This document shows, in pieces, positions 62,877-64,000 of a DNA stretch of 64,000 nucleotides. Under the pieces are notes generated by a model. The model did not search any database, was not told where the DNA came from, and worked only from the letters and a program-made list of their open reading frames with translations. The position numbers and the translations under genes were made by a program. The DNA is from Octopus sinensis (taxonomy: Eukaryota), in contig NC_043019.1 in the NCBI RefSeq assembly GCF_006345805.1, positions 9,485,360-9,549,359 of the forward strand. The letters are read 5' to 3'. Position 1 is the stretch's first letter; each line of letters begins with the position of its first letter.

Positions 62877-62922
62877 CAACTCATGCCAGCATGGAAAGTG
62901 GACGTTAAATGATGATGATGAT
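62662..62922. mobile_element. Two RTE-type 3' ends in inverted, tail-out arrangement around (AT)n
   Basis: Left catcatcattgtttaatgtccgcc...gctggcatggg, right ccaactcatgccagcatggaaagtggacgttaaatgatgatgat. Confidence 0.75.
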
Positions 62923-62949
62923 TATATGTGTATATATGTGTGTGTGTGT

Positions 62950-63305
62950 GTGGTTCCAGGTTCACTTCCAATGCATGGTACCTTGGACAAGTGACTTCTA
63001 ATATAGCTTCACATTTGGTAGACAGAAATTAAAAGAAGCTCATTATATATATATATAATATGATATTATATATATTTTTATGTATATAAACACGCACACA
63101 TACACAATGAGCTTCTTTCATAAAAATATGTATATTTGTACCCATGACCACTGCTTGACAAACTGTGTTGGTTTGTCTATGTCTCCATAACTTATTGGTT
63201 CACCCAAAAAAAAAAAAAAAAAATAAGTACTGGGCTTGACTTGTTCAGCTAAAACTCTTCAAGGTGGTACCCTAACATGGCTGCAGTCCCCTAACTAAAA
63301 CAAGT
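62950..63305 (+). mobile_element. SINE family B, CpG-eroded
   Basis: ggttccaggttcacttccaatgcatggtaccttggacaagtg...ggtaccctaacatggctgcagtc. Confidence 0.75.
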
Positions 63306-64000
63306 ATATATATATAATGTCCCCAGAGCCTACTCCCAACAACCCTGTCTCCTTGTTTTGACATCACATGATAGTTGTAAGCAAGTGTCACAAGTAGTGC
63401 TGTTTGTTTCCAGTATTCTGTGAAAACATCATCTGCCCATGGTGAAATATGGCCTCTCTTAGAAATAGACGAAGGTTGGTAACTGAAGAGCATCTGCATG
63501 TAGAAAATCTGTTACAAAAGATTCTGTCTTACCCATTGCCAGCATGGAAAAGTTGATGTTAACACAATGTTAACGATGATACTTTCAATTCTTGTGTGTT
63601 CAAACAGACATCTATGTATTGTCTCTTCTCTTTTCAAATGATCTCATATACTATTATGTATTACAATGTGTATCTATAGACTTTCTGTTCACAGAGATAT
63701 TGCGTATAATATCAAGTTGTTACATCTCTCTGTTACATAGTGCTGGCTAAAATCTATAGATAGATTTTCAGTATATAACAGGATTGAAGTCTAATACTTA
63801 TAATGAGCCAGTAATCTATAAATCAAAATAGCCATCGTAACTGCATGAATGCAAATTATTTAAGCCCTAATATTAACGGGTGTATAATCAATGTTTCTAC
63901 ACACAGTTAATGGGGGTATTCAGTTGCTGATAAAACAGTATCAACATTTTTGAAACTGATACCTCTTTTTGCATCAGCAGATATATTGTATATGAAAAGG

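Noticed and set aside
663-62879. Dozens of ORFs rich in HT/VC/IY/ER/LS dipeptides (e.g. 30774-31565, 50691-51095, 61658-61952)
   Set aside because: They are translations of (CA)n, (TA)n, (TATG)n and (GA)n microsatellites, which lack stops in some frames

Overview
64 kb of AT-rich eukaryotic, mostly non-coding DNA with extreme microsatellite density ((CA)n, (TA)n, (TATG)n, (GA)n, (AAT)n, (GATA)n). The recurring tRNA-derived SINEs and RTE/CR1-type LINE debris look like those of Octopus genomes; this organism call is an inference from repeat content. No complete protein-coding gene can be supported, and nearly all listed ORFs are microsatellite read-throughs. Supported content: decayed non-LTR retrotransposon fragments (two CR1/L2-group, RTE-group, one RLE-type), many copies of about five short interspersed families, two recent tandem duplications (about 1.05 kb and 578 bp) and several minisatellites. 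There are also weaker gene signals: a CCAAT/Inr promoter with a short first coding exon at 58.1-58.25 kb, a chain of possible minus-strand exons at 0.8-37 kb, and a Gly/Pro-repeat exon-like island at 48.6-48.8 kb. The most interesting observations are a tRNA-headed SINE carrying a minimal hammerhead-ribozyme fold (18.3-18.5 kb), a candidate recursive splice site with an RS-exon (42.88 kb), a SINE/LINE shared 3' tail (61.6 kb vs 21.8 and 58.7 kb), and sharply bounded CpG-depleted domains consistent with gene-body methylation. None of the candidate exons could be assigned to a named gene.
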